Shown here: piece by piece, positions 1 through 9,435 of the stretch | Numbering within the stretch: position 1 is the stretch's first letter | How the letters are laid out: every line of letters begins with the position of its first letter | Assembly (NCBI GenBank): GCA_016840035.1 | Contig: JAEOTC010000153.1 | Location: forward strand, 1-42,680 | Source: Candidatus Hodarchaeota archaeon | GTDB lineage: Archaea; Asgardarchaeota; Heimdallarchaeia; Hodarchaeales; Hodarchaeaceae | DNA length: 42,680 nt | Reading direction: 5' to 3' | Notes under the pieces: generated by a model | Seen by the model: the letters and a program-made list of their open reading frames with translations, nothing else | Told to the model about the DNA's origin: nothing | Database searches by the model: none | Program-made: the position numbers and the translations under genes

Positions 1-1348
1 GCACGGTTGTTAATCCATTTTTCTTTCTTAATTGAATTATATTCAAAATAAACTCGAAATTCTCCTTATCCTGACCAATAAATGGTTCATCCATTACTAA
101 AATCGCTGGGGAATAAATATCGACTGATATAACCGTTAATCGTCTTTTTTCTCCAAATGATAATCCGTACGGGGGAAAAGCTCGATATTGTTGGAGAGAT
201 GCACTTCTGAGAAGTTGATCGATTTTCTGATCGATTATTTCTGAGGCCAGATGTAAATTCTTAGGTGCAAATGAAACTTCTTTTTCAACCGATTGTTCAA
301 AAATCTGATGATTTGGATTTTGATAGACTAATCCACAATTCCTAGCAAGTTCATATGTTGGTTTTTTTGTCGAATCTTCCCCAAAAACAGATAACCTTCC
401 TCTTTTCGTTTGTAAATTAAGGAGAGCATTAGCAAAAGTGGTCTTACCAGATCCATTTCTACCAATTATTCCATAAATCAACCCAGAATTTATACTGGAA
501 GTAATACCAAACAGTATTTGTTTATTGTTGATAAAAACCTCATAATCCCTTGTTTCTAGAATTTTTTCTTCGGAGATCACAGAAGTAATATTCTTGATGT
601 GTTTTAATGAACTCTCAGGTATACGGAACTTAGAATAATCAATCTCCTCCTTACTCCAATCTGAGGTAATAACTCCCTTCTCAAGAACGATAAGACGATT
701 TAATAGATCTTTATAAATCTCAGGTTGATGATCGATTACAATAATTGTCATTTGTTCCTGAGAATTTAATTGTTGAAGGAATTTCAACACTTGGATTTTA
801 TTCACTTGATCAAGATAAGAAGTCGGCTCATCTAGAATCAGTATAGATCCTCCCATTGTAAGGACTGAAGCAAGCGCTACTCGTTGTTTTTCTCCTCCCG
901 ACAGCTCATTTGTTCCTCTTCTTACCAGATCTTCTAGATTTGTTGCAGAGATCGAAAACTCTAATCGTTTTTTTATCTCTTCCTCATTAAGATTCAAGTT
1001 TTCTGGTCCAAACGCGATTTCTTCGAGAACACTTGATGTAACAATCTGATTCTCTGGGTCTTGTTGAACTAACCCGATAAACTGACTAATCTCCCCCAGT
1101 GTCAATGTTTGAGTCTTAATTCCTTGATATTCTACTTCTCCTTGAAACTCTCCCGCAATTAGGTGAGGGATAAATCCACTTAGAATATAGGCTAGAGTTG
1201 ACTTCCCACTCCCACTTCGACCTGTAATAACTATAAATTCTCCTTTTTCGATGTTTAAATCTAGATCAGAGATGACTTTATTTTGAGATTCAGCATACCG
1301 AAAGCTTACATCTCTCAATTCGAGAATAATCTGATCAGAGTCCACCAT
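1..1348 (-). CDS. ECF transporter ATPase with two fused ABC domains (partial, runs off the window start)
   Basis: Manual translation from ATG at 1348: MVDSDQIILELRDVSFRY..., Walker A GRSGSGKS, signature LSGGEKQR, LDEPTS. Second domain has GRNGSGKT, LSFGEKRR and MDEPFIGQD. Lies downstream of an S-component gene. Not in the ORF track. Confidence 0.9.
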   Translation of the reverse strand, partial: MVDSDQIILELRDVSFRYAESQNKVISDLDLNIEKGEFIVITGRSGSGKSTLAYILSGFIPHLIAGEFQGEVEYQGIKTQTLTLGEISQFIGLVQQDPENQIVTSSVLEEIAFGPENLNLNEEEIKKRLEFSISATNLEDLVRRGTNELSGGEKQRVALASVLTMGGSILILDEPTSYLDQVNKIQVLKFLQQLNSQEQMTIIVIDHQPEIYKDLLNRLIVLEKGVITSDWSKEEIDYSKFRIPESSLKHIKNITSVISEEKILETRDYEVFINNKQILFGITSSINSGLIYGIIGRNGSGKTTFANALLNLQTKRGRLSVFGEDSTKKPTYELARNCGLVYQNPNHQIFEQSVEKEVSFAPKNLHLASEIIDQKIDQLLRSASLQQYRAFPPYGLSFGEKRRLTVISVDIYSPAILVMDEPFIGQDKENFEFILNIIQLRKKNGLTTV

Positions 1349-1426
1349 TACTCGAAGTGTTTTAGATCAGAGTTTGGTCAAATTTTTTTTCCTAGATTGA
1401 TAAATCCCTAAACTAATATGAAATTA

Positions 1427-2563
1427 TTAAGATAATCTTTGCACACTTATCGTAGCAATATAGTAGATCCAATAATTTCCAGGATAATCTGCTGCTACTA
1501 TTCTCAAACCTCTATTACTTGAACTTATCATGATATATTCATTGTGATCAATCTCAGTTGAATTAAATGTTACAGAATAACCATCAGGAGCTCGAAGTGT
1601 AATTTTATACAGTTCAATCTTTGGTTGAGCCCTTTGGAGAATTTGATATACAGGTACACCTGTATAATTCTGTGGTGGTTCGACAGTAACATCCCCAACT
1701 AATTGTGCTTCTATAGTTACTTGAGGAAAGTCATCTATATAGAACGTGTACGGATTATACACTTCTCCGGTAATTTCAATTGAATATCGATTTTGAGTCA
1801 TCAATAGAACTACGATTGATACTTCAGCAAAGAGTAATATTGCAATAATCATCCCACGAATAACTTTGATATTCCTTCTATATCTGGGAGATAAACTTCT
1901 AGGTTTTCTCCATTTGAGAGCGGTTGATTGGTTAAATACATAATAAACAGATAACGGGAATACACCTCCAAGGATACACCCAGATATAAAACTCATGACA
2001 CCAATCAAGGCAATAAAAGATATCGGTATCTGTGAATTAAAAAAGAGTACTTGTTGTAAAACTACATTAGATAAGCCTGCAATACCAGCTGCGGCTGCAA
2101 TAATACTTTTTCTTTTTGTACTTAGAAAAACTATTAGTATTAGCTCAATAACAAACCCTTGAGTCGAGGAGATTAGAACTACTAATAGCCCATGAGCGTT
2201 CCCTGCGAAAAATTCAACAAAGCCCTTCAATACCCCAGAAGTAAATGTAACACCCACTTTTCTATCTGTGAGTAGATAAATAAAAACTAACCAAAATATG
2301 TGAAGCCCTGCAAGAAATTGACCTCCCCCAAACGGGATTCCGAATATACTGTTTAAGAGATTAGCTAAATATCCTATATACGTACTAAATATTCCTCCTA
2401 ACCCACTAAAGAGCGCAATAATGACCAAATCGCTTGTTTCAAAATATGGTTCTCTTTTACGTTCTCTCACTAAATCAGGTCGAATCCATGGAATATGTGC
2501 AGGTGTTTCCCTCTTTTGATCTGGTTTCTGAATCTGTTCCTTTGTTGATTCATCTGATGACAT
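1427..2563 (-). CDS. ECF S-component (YkoE/ABC_cobalt-like) fused to a C-terminal molybdopterin-oxidoreductase-like domain
   Basis: About 6 hydrophobic helices with an S-component pattern (DLVIIALF...GQFLAGLH...KGFVEFFAGN.HG...QGFVIEL), one further TM helix, then ITGEV..P, YTGVPV..IL, APDGYSVTF, LRIVA...G.YWIYYI..I. Adjacent to an ECF ATPase. Confidence 0.8.
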   Translation of the reverse strand: MSSDESTKEQIQKPDQKRETPAHIPWIRPDLVRERKREPYFETSDLVIIALFSGLGGIFSTYIGYLANLLNSIFGIPFGGGQFLAGLHIFWLVFIYLLTDRKVGVTFTSGVLKGFVEFFAGNAHGLLVVLISSTQGFVIELILIVFLSTKRKSIIAAAAGIAGLSNVVLQQVLFFNSQIPISFIALIGVMSFISGCILGGVFPLSVYYVFNQSTALKWRKPRSLSPRYRRNIKVIRGMIIAILLFAEVSIVVLLMTQNRYSIEITGEVYNPYTFYIDDFPQVTIEAQLVGDVTVEPPQNYTGVPVYQILQRAQPKIELYKITLRAPDGYSVTFNSTEIDHNEYIMISSSNRGLRIVAADYPGNYWIYYIATISVQRLS

Positions 2564-4179
2564 TATAGTCCCTCCCCAATTATTGTGATAGATTCAATAT
2601 ATTTGATCCATCGATATCCTGCTGAGGGATAAATATTCCAACCTTCGTTCGGAAGCGAAGTATTCTCACAATCCTCATTGCTAAATTCTCCATCAGGTGG
2701 TAAAAACACTATTCTATAGCCATCTACATATTCAGGGACGATCATATTATTGTAGGAAAATGCTAAAATCATATCTCCTTGGATATTGTACCAACTACTA
2801 TTAGGATAGACGGAATGATAGCTAAAATTTGACATCATTCCATCCCACGCTTTTACGGTTATCCATTGATCTGCAGTCATCCCTCCAACAGTCTCTAATA
2901 GATCATTAATGGTTACTCCGATGTAGGATCCGTTTCCTCTCCAATTGCCATATTGATTTTCAAAAGAACTATTACCATAAGCTAAGCTAAATTCACTCTG
3001 TAGATCTCCAAGAGATATAACCTGTGTTTCATTACCTTTGACAATTCTGATATCAGTTGGTATAGATTGTTTAGTCAGTGGAGTAGGAGTAACAGTCATT
3101 TCATGAGTTATCGTATTTATTGTGATACTCGCAAAATGATGAAATCCTCCATCCTCAGGATTTTCATATAAAAACGCTCCCCCTCCACCTGAGGTAATGA
3201 AGTGAATTCCATTGAGTATGGTATGATTATAATAATGTATATGCCCTGATATTACAGCTTTTACATTAGAATTATTTAAAAGATGAAGTACTCTCGTCAC
3301 TTGAGATGTATTAAGTAAAGCATGATCTTTCCCCTCCCTTGGATCAAAGATTGGTATATGAGTAAATATCACCTTTGGTTTGTCTGGAAACTGTAATAAG
3401 ACCTCTGAAAGATATGAGAAACTACTCTCGGAATAGAATCCAGAGGACGAATTGACAGAGATAAACACATACCCTTTATATTCAAAGAAGTATTCGGAGT
3501 GACCAAAATAATTCTCATACATTGATGTAGAATTAGCAATTTTAATATCATGATTCCCTGGTGTAGAAAAGACGGGGATAGGTGAACTTCTTGTTATATT
3601 ATGGAACTTTTGAAGACTGTCTGGACTACCTGAAGCAGTAATATCTCCGAGATGAAGAATAAAATCAGTAACTTCTTCTCGCTCAAAAGACCCCCGATCT
3701 CTAATAATACTAAGCATTTCTTTATATAACCACTCAAAACCTTGGGTATCACCCATAGCGTAAAAATTTATTTCGGATGGATTGTTTGGATCACTAGTAA
3801 TTTTAATTGTCCTGTTACCAGAACTTCCTCCTATTATCTCTAGCTCAAAAGTTAGTGTATCTTTTATTGTTATTTTTTCATCCTCTAATAATCCTGAAAC
3901 TGATATATCGGAGGTTGGAAAGTTTAAAACTTGTATAGTAAAGCGTGTACCTTTTATTTTGGAATCATAATGTTGATCGATTCTAAGTTCAAATCCCTGT
4001 CCCCATATGATTCCTGAATGATTTTCAGGAGTAACCTCAATTAGTGAACCACCTGATACTTTAAAAGGAAAAACTAAATCAGACTTAGGGGAATGTTGTA
4101 ATGATACTAAAATAATTAGACCCGAAACTAGCAATATACCCGAAATAATGGAGAATAATGAAACAGTCCTGAGGTTCAT
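2563..4179 (-). CDS. Membrane-anchored extracellular metallophosphoesterase with a C-terminal molybdopterin-oxidoreductase-like domain
   Basis: N-terminal signal/anchor; calcineurin-like motifs GDTQ, LGD, GNHD, THIP, GHIH; many N-x-S/T sequons. C-terminal YIGVTINDLL, AWDG, MILAF, YRIVF, RWIKYIESI. Its stop overlaps the next ATG (TAATG at 2561-2565). Confidence 0.8.
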   Translation of the reverse strand: MNLRTVSLFSIISGILLVSGLIILVSLQHSPKSDLVFPFKVSGGSLIEVTPENHSGIIWGQGFELRIDQHYDSKIKGTRFTIQVLNFPTSDISVSGLLEDEKITIKDTLTFELEIIGGSSGNRTIKITSDPNNPSEINFYAMGDTQGFEWLYKEMLSIIRDRGSFEREEVTDFILHLGDITASGSPDSLQKFHNITRSSPIPVFSTPGNHDIKIANSTSMYENYFGHSEYFFEYKGYVFISVNSSSGFYSESSFSYLSEVLLQFPDKPKVIFTHIPIFDPREGKDHALLNTSQVTRVLHLLNNSNVKAVISGHIHYYNHTILNGIHFITSGGGGAFLYENPEDGGFHHFASITINTITHEMTVTPTPLTKQSIPTDIRIVKGNETQVISLGDLQSEFSLAYGNSSFENQYGNWRGNGSYIGVTINDLLETVGGMTADQWITVKAWDGMMSNFSYHSVYPNSSWYNIQGDMILAFSYNNMIVPEYVDGYRIVFLPPDGEFSNEDCENTSLPNEGWNIYPSAGYRWIKYIESITIIGEGL

Positions 4180-4271
4180 TGCTGTTCCTCGATCACTTTC
4201 TTGAAATTAAAAGAAATTTAATGAGCTAAAGGATGTTATTGCTCTAAGCGATAATTACAAATCTGTACTAT

Positions 4272-5078
4272 TTATCTCTGATTCTCTTCAAAAGTGAATG
4301 GATCTCGAATATATTTCATAATTTTTTGTGATACTTCCATGCACCCACGGATAAAATCAGATCGACGCATTTTCTGAGACCCCATTCGGGTTTTTTTTGC
4401 TTCATAGATAATATCTACACTAGTTGCTCCTAAGTCGTCACCGAGCAGTTTATCAAATTCCTCTGGAACCTCTGATCGGACTAAATCTAAACGTCCTTTG
4501 AAAGCTAATGTAGAATGAGCGATATCAAGCATAAGATCGGCAAATTCATAAGTTAGCGGTTGTTCTCCGATTACCACCCGTTGTAAATACCCACTTTTAA
4601 GAGATTCATAAGCTTGATTTATGGCAATCTTTGTACATCGATTCAATTGCTTTTCTGAATATGTGAAATTTTCTAGTACATTATTACCCAGAATAACTTC
4701 TCCGTAACGGGCTGTTGATTCTGCATGAATAGGAGAAAAGGCCATTCCTAACTTTGCTGGTAAATCATGGTACTCTAGTAGTCTAAGATCCAAGATTGGT
4801 GCATACACTGGATGAACGAAAAAGACAGATAGCGTTTCAGCAATTTTGGCGAATCGTCTTGAAGGTTTTTTTGGATTAATATCGTCTACATCAATAATTA
4901 AAACTAAATCCAAGTCAGAAGTTCCTGGTATAATCCATCCAGGGCCTCTATCTTGCTCTTTATGGTATGATCCATATAAGATCAAACTTCGGACATAACC
5001 TAACAGCTCTGATTCGACAGCGCTAGTAAATTCAGATAGAAGATTGGAGTACTCAGAGTCAGACATCTTAGATCCCAC
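4272..5078 (-). CDS. Pol-beta-type nucleotidyltransferase with a helical C-terminal (HEPN/KNTase-like) domain
   Basis: LILYGSY...TSDLDLVLII (hGS...DxD) motif followed by a helical C-terminal half. Confidence 0.7.
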   Translation of the reverse strand: MGSKMSDSEYSNLLSEFTSAVESELLGYVRSLILYGSYHKEQDRGPGWIIPGTSDLDLVLIIDVDDINPKKPSRRFAKIAETLSVFFVHPVYAPILDLRLLEYHDLPAKLGMAFSPIHAESTARYGEVILGNNVLENFTYSEKQLNRCTKIAINQAYESLKSGYLQRVVIGEQPLTYEFADLMLDIAHSTLAFKGRLDLVRSEVPEEFDKLLGDDLGATSVDIIYEAKKTRMGSQKMRRSDFIRGCMEVSQKIMKYIRDPFTFEENQR

Positions 5079-5167
5079 GATTGGTTTAGTTAATACCTGT
5101 TTGTTTTACTTTCTCAAAAAATCTTAAAGTCTTTTGGATAGACTCTCCCAACATATTGAGTCGAAAT

Positions 5168-5689
5168 TTAACCAAACATTGAATCTTTTCCATCCCTTTT
5201 TACTAGGCGGTTAAATTCTCTGTCTAAGCGTTTCTGCTCTTCTGTTAAGAGAGGAAGGGGCTTTGTTGGACGGTGAAATGAGCTACCAAGTTTAAGATAA
5301 TCTATACCCTGATTCTTTTGTCCTAAAAGAGCATCAAACAAAATTTTATCCATATTTTCTCCCTCATTCATTGCCTTTTGTAGTAATTTGAAGTTTAAGT
5401 CTAGAATACCTAAATCTCCTGCCTGTTTTCTTTTATCTATGAGATTTAAAAAGTCTTCATCAATAGATCGCGATATTCTTGTCCCCAATCCTTGCATCTG
5501 GTATGGATTCTTCTCATATGCACGGACTTGGAAGATAGGTCCAGATATTGGATGAAATAATAATAAATCCGAACCAGTATTATCTCGTGTAGGCGCGTAA
5601 ATACTTTTCCACTCCCCAGGACTCTTCTTACCTTCCTTCATAATTTCTCGCAATATTGTTTGAAGATCTTTCAACAGTTTGAGACTCAC
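5168..5689 (-). CDS. Hypothetical protein
   Basis: 173-aa ORF co-oriented with neighbours, protein-like composition, no recognised motif. Confidence 0.6.
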   Translation of the reverse strand: MSLKLLKDLQTILREIMKEGKKSPGEWKSIYAPTRDNTGSDLLLFHPISGPIFQVRAYEKNPYQMQGLGTRISRSIDEDFLNLIDKRKQAGDLGILDLNFKLLQKAMNEGENMDKILFDALLGQKNQGIDYLKLGSSFHRPTKPLPLLTEEQKRLDREFNRLVKRDGKDSMFG

Positions 5690-5775
5690 ATATAATGCTG
5701 GTTAATACATATCAAATTTGATTACTTATGATTTATTGTTCTCACGAAGAGATGTTTTCAAATTTCCTGTGAATT

Positions 5776-6573
5776 CTACAAAAATGCAATTAATGTAAGA
5801 AAAATAAGTATTACACCTAGAATTATTCCAAAAGTCACCACATGCGAGTCACTTCCATTTTCCTTGCATGTTTCATGTGCAGAGGGTAATAATTCATCGA
5901 AAGAAATAAATAACATAATTCCAGATACGAATGCTAAAGCCATTTGGATAAATTCATCTGTAGTAAATCCAAAAGATAAAAGAACAATAGCAGCGATAAT
6001 TGCACCAAGTGGTTCTGCTAATCCTGATAGAAAGGATGTTTTAAACGCCTTTCGCTTATCATTTGTTGAAACATAGATAGGTACGGCTACAGAAAGTCCT
6101 TCGGGAATGTTATGCATCGTGATCGCTATAGCTAACAGTATTCCCAATTCAGTTGAATGAAATGCCCCAGAAAGAGTGATAAAGCCTTCTGGTAAGTTGT
6201 GAATTGCTATACCGATAGCTACCAATCGTCCTGTCCGTCCTAATCTCACCTTCGTCCCATTTGAAATTTTATCATCGTCTGCACAGGAATGCTCATGCAT
6301 ATAGTCGTGAGGTACAAAAATATCTAAGAATGATACAGTAATTAACCCAAGGATGAAAGCAAAACCCGCTTTTAATAAACCAATCTCTAGAAGGGCGGAT
6401 GGTAATAATTCCAACATGGAAACTCCAATCATCACTCCCGCGGAAAATCCCAAGGACATACTTATAAATTTGCTATCCTGTTTAATGAAAAAGATTCCTA
6501 GCGCACCTATTGTGGTCGAAAGGCCTGCTAGAGTTGCCAAGGATAATCCATATATCACAGGAGTTAAATCCAT
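5776..6573 (-). CDS. zupT: ZIP family zinc/divalent metal transporter
   Basis: LAGLST.IG, GFSAGVM, His-rich loop PHDYMHEH, IAIHNLPEG, MHNIPEG, SGLAEPLGA, DELLP. Confidence 0.92.
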   Translation of the reverse strand: MDLTPVIYGLSLATLAGLSTTIGALGIFFIKQDSKFISMSLGFSAGVMIGVSMLELLPSALLEIGLLKAGFAFILGLITVSFLDIFVPHDYMHEHSCADDDKISNGTKVRLGRTGRLVAIGIAIHNLPEGFITLSGAFHSTELGILLAIAITMHNIPEGLSVAVPIYVSTNDKRKAFKTSFLSGLAEPLGAIIAAIVLLSFGFTTDEFIQMALAFVSGIMLFISFDELLPSAHETCKENGSDSHVVTFGIILGVILIFLTLIAFL

Positions 6574-6720
6574 AAGTAATCCTTCATTACAACCCTCTCC
6601 TTCTTAAGATAAAAAGTTTGTCTGTGTGAACATTCTAAGTAAATTTCCTTTATATGCGTATAATTTTTTTAAAAAAATCATGAGAAGTTGAACTTAACTG
6701 AATCATGAATAAAAAGGAAA

Positions 6721-7365
6721 TTATCCGTAGAATTTAATGAGAGTAAAATCTTCTGAATACGAAGATAGAATTTGATCAGTACTAGTTTCAAACTGAGGAA
6801 GTAGTAGAGGATTATAACCTAATGGGGAAACAGAGAATTCTTCACTATCTGTTACTCCTTCAATCCGAGTAAGTACTGATTTCAGAACATTAGCGAAGTA
6901 TTCTTTCTCGGGTACAGTTATCTCTAATGATTCGCTCTTTCCATCCGCTGTAATATACCAGAATTTTGCTGTTACTGTTTTCTCTTTTTCAACTTCCTTT
7001 TGAGGAAGAGATTGAATTAACGAGCGAAGTGAACTTAGTGAAAATACGTCATCTCGTTCTCGGCTGACGGAATCTGGGGGAGGAGTTCCAATTGTCGTGG
7101 AAGCTTCGATTTCCACAGGAACAGGTGAGAAATTTTCATCAAGAAACATTGTACATTTCCTTAGAAGGGTAGTAATGGTTTGAGACATTTCCTCTAACGA
7201 TTGTAACATTCCAGCTATTTGTGGACGGTCTTCAGCCATAAGTGAACTTATCTTCGCATACCACAAAGTTTTAGCACTTTCGCTAATGCGTAGTTCATTA
7301 ATCATCTCGCTATAGTTCTTTTGAAGCTCCAAAGACTTTAATTTTTCTTCGAGACTCATATTCAT
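6721..7365 (-). CDS. Helical/coiled-coil protein with a C-terminal UFM1/ubiquitin-like beta-grasp domain
   Basis: The C-terminal ~85 aa pattern (TVTAKFWY...ITVPEKEYFANVLK...TDQILSSYSEDFTLI) resembles UFM1; the protein ends in Gly. Confidence 0.55.
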   Translation of the reverse strand: MNMSLEEKLKSLELQKNYSEMINELRISESAKTLWYAKISSLMAEDRPQIAGMLQSLEEMSQTITTLLRKCTMFLDENFSPVPVEIEASTTIGTPPPDSVSRERDDVFSLSSLRSLIQSLPQKEVEKEKTVTAKFWYITADGKSESLEITVPEKEYFANVLKSVLTRIEGVTDSEEFSVSPLGYNPLLLPQFETSTDQILSSYSEDFTLIKFYG

Positions 7366-7512
7366 CTAATTCCTATTCAGAATAAATTCTCAATTACGCG
7401 AAATTAGTTTATATTAATCGAAGTATGTTTTAAAAACTATGGTTTTGGAGAAGATAGTACTAGCTTGATTTCGTCTCTTGTTTAGAATCTGTGCACGAGG
7501 AATGTAAAAGAC

Positions 7513-9264
7513 GTGAATTCCGTAGATCCACCATTTGATCGTGAATTTCTGGACAAAATACCTTCAGGTATTATTATCTTAAAAGATAGACGGATCTACT
7601 ATGCGAATACCAAAGCTCGGCTAGATCTTAATATTCCCACAGATCATCGTGCTCTTTCTGTTGAACAGTTCGTTGAATTCCTTGCACCTTCTGAAAGAGA
7701 AAAATTCGCACGGATCATATCTGAAAGTAATACCCCATTACCAATGGAATCTGAATGGCAAGCGATCCTACCAGATGGTACCTCGACTTGGGTTCAAGTC
7801 AGAGTATCTCCTATTGATGATAGACATGATCTGGTATTAATTAGACATATTGGTAAGTTAAAGCAAATTAGGGCTGACCTTGATGCAACCCAAAAACAAT
7901 ATCATGATTTATTCAGTAAATCTCCAAATTTCCTATTTATATTTAAAAATGGATGTATTGATTATTATAACAGAGCTTTTGTGGAGAAATTAGGATATTC
8001 AGAGGAGGAAATAGAGGAGAAAAAATGCCTTCCAACTTTTTTTGTATCACCTGAGCATAGGGCAAGAATCGCGTCTTATCTCTTAGAGACTAAGCGTGAC
8101 TTAATTACTGGGAAAATAAATGGTAAAGATAGTATCGAATCTCAATTATTCTTTCCTGATGAAACTACAGAACTTGAATTACTCTGTAAAGATGGTCAAC
8201 GTATCCCTGTAATGGCAAATGTAAGAAAATTATATTTAGAAAAAACAGCGATTGTACAAGGAATTATGGTAGATTTAACACCCGTTAAACAGTTAACAGA
8301 CTTAAAATTTGACTTTCTTACTCTTTCCCAACACACTCTCAGGACGCCGATAAGTAACCTTCGTGGACATCTAGATTTTTATCATTCCCGATTGAAAGAT
8401 GGAATAAATTCAGAAGAAAAAGATATTCTGGAGGAAAATATGTTAACGGCGTTTGGGAGAAATCTCTCTCAACTCGAAACTATAGTAAATGACTTAAGTG
8501 ATATTGCAGCTATTAGAATGGGCAAATTTAAATGTAATCTCGTTTTAGAGGATTTTGTGCCGATATTGCAGCAAGCAATTGATGGTCTTGAATTTATTCT
8601 GAAAAGATATCGAGTTCATATAGTAATGGAGTATCCTACTACCCCATTTATCCTGAATGTTGACAGACTTCGAATGATGGAAGCATTAAGAAACATCTTT
8701 GAGAATGCAATACGATTTACTGGTCATGGTACGGTGGAAATAACTTTATCTAGCGAAGAAGATAATAAAATTGCACGATTAATCTGTAAAGATTCAGGAG
8801 TTGGTATTAGCAGTGAGGATTTACATACTGTTGGGGAACCATTCATGACATTTCATTCATCAGCGAGTCAGCTTGGACTGGGAGTATTTCTAGCAAAACA
8901 AGTAATCTCTGATCATGGAGGTACTTTCAAATTTGAATCTGAAGGTTTTAACCGAGGAAGCACAGTAACAATTGAGTTACCATTAATTATTCCACCAGAT
9001 CAAGAAATTAAAATGATACAGAGTGAGACCAAAGTAAGTGAATTGATTAAACGAGCTAGTACTTCTCAAAACTATATAAAACGAATGGATGCTGTTCAAC
9101 AGCTAGGAAAGCTCGGATTGGAATCTGATGAAGCAAGAATAGAGATTCTCACAGGTTTAGAGCAAATAATCTTGCATGATCCAGACCGTACAATACGAAA
9201 CTTAGCAAGTACCCTTTATTCTAAGATTAAGTCTTCTTCAGAGGAAAAGGTTGTAAATTTCTAG
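7513..9264 (+). CDS. PAS-PAS sensor histidine kinase with a C-terminal HEAT-like repeat
   Basis: Two PAS-like regions (IYYAN...WVQV; IDYYNRAF..KLGYS.EE...KDG.RIPV), H-box QHTLRTP, N-box FENAIRFT, G1 DSGVG, G2 LGLG. Tail RMDAVQQLGKLG...HDPDRTIRNLA. No TM segment. Confidence 0.88.
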   Translation: MNSVDPPFDREFLDKIPSGIIILKDRRIYYANTKARLDLNIPTDHRALSVEQFVEFLAPSEREKFARIISESNTPLPMESEWQAILPDGTSTWVQVRVSPIDDRHDLVLIRHIGKLKQIRADLDATQKQYHDLFSKSPNFLFIFKNGCIDYYNRAFVEKLGYSEEEIEEKKCLPTFFVSPEHRARIASYLLETKRDLITGKINGKDSIESQLFFPDETTELELLCKDGQRIPVMANVRKLYLEKTAIVQGIMVDLTPVKQLTDLKFDFLTLSQHTLRTPISNLRGHLDFYHSRLKDGINSEEKDILEENMLTAFGRNLSQLETIVNDLSDIAAIRMGKFKCNLVLEDFVPILQQAIDGLEFILKRYRVHIVMEYPTTPFILNVDRLRMMEALRNIFENAIRFTGHGTVEITLSSEEDNKIARLICKDSGVGISSEDLHTVGEPFMTFHSSASQLGLGVFLAKQVISDHGGTFKFESEGFNRGSTVTIELPLIIPPDQEIKMIQSETKVSELIKRASTSQNYIKRMDAVQQLGKLGLESDEARIEILTGLEQIILHDPDRTIRNLASTLYSKIKSSSEEKVVNF

Positions 9265-9435
9265 AAGGAGGTTTTTCACGTTAATCCCTCATTCTATAAC
9301 TCTATTTTAACTGCAATTCCTCTTAAAACGCAAATCGAAATTATAAAAAAGCATTTTTCAAAGCAAAATAATATCAATGACAGTCACAAGCTTTCTATCT
9401 TTCAATCCTCATACCTTGAAAGTAGATTATCTGGT

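Noticed and set aside
1427-4179. Calling the two C-terminal domains active sulfite-oxidase/MsrP enzymes
   Set aside because: The Mo-ligating Cys is not evident and no partner heme subunit is present.
4180-4271. Riboswitch (TPP, cobalamin or Moco) upstream of the ECF operon
   Set aside because: Only 92 bp, AT-rich, with no recognisable consensus or stable stems.
9262-9264. Genome-wide TAG recoding (pyrrolysine) as the explanation for the in-frame kinase/MTase junction
   Set aside because: TAG ends the ZIP, Rab-like and PiT genes at family-typical C-termini, and no pyl genes are in the window.
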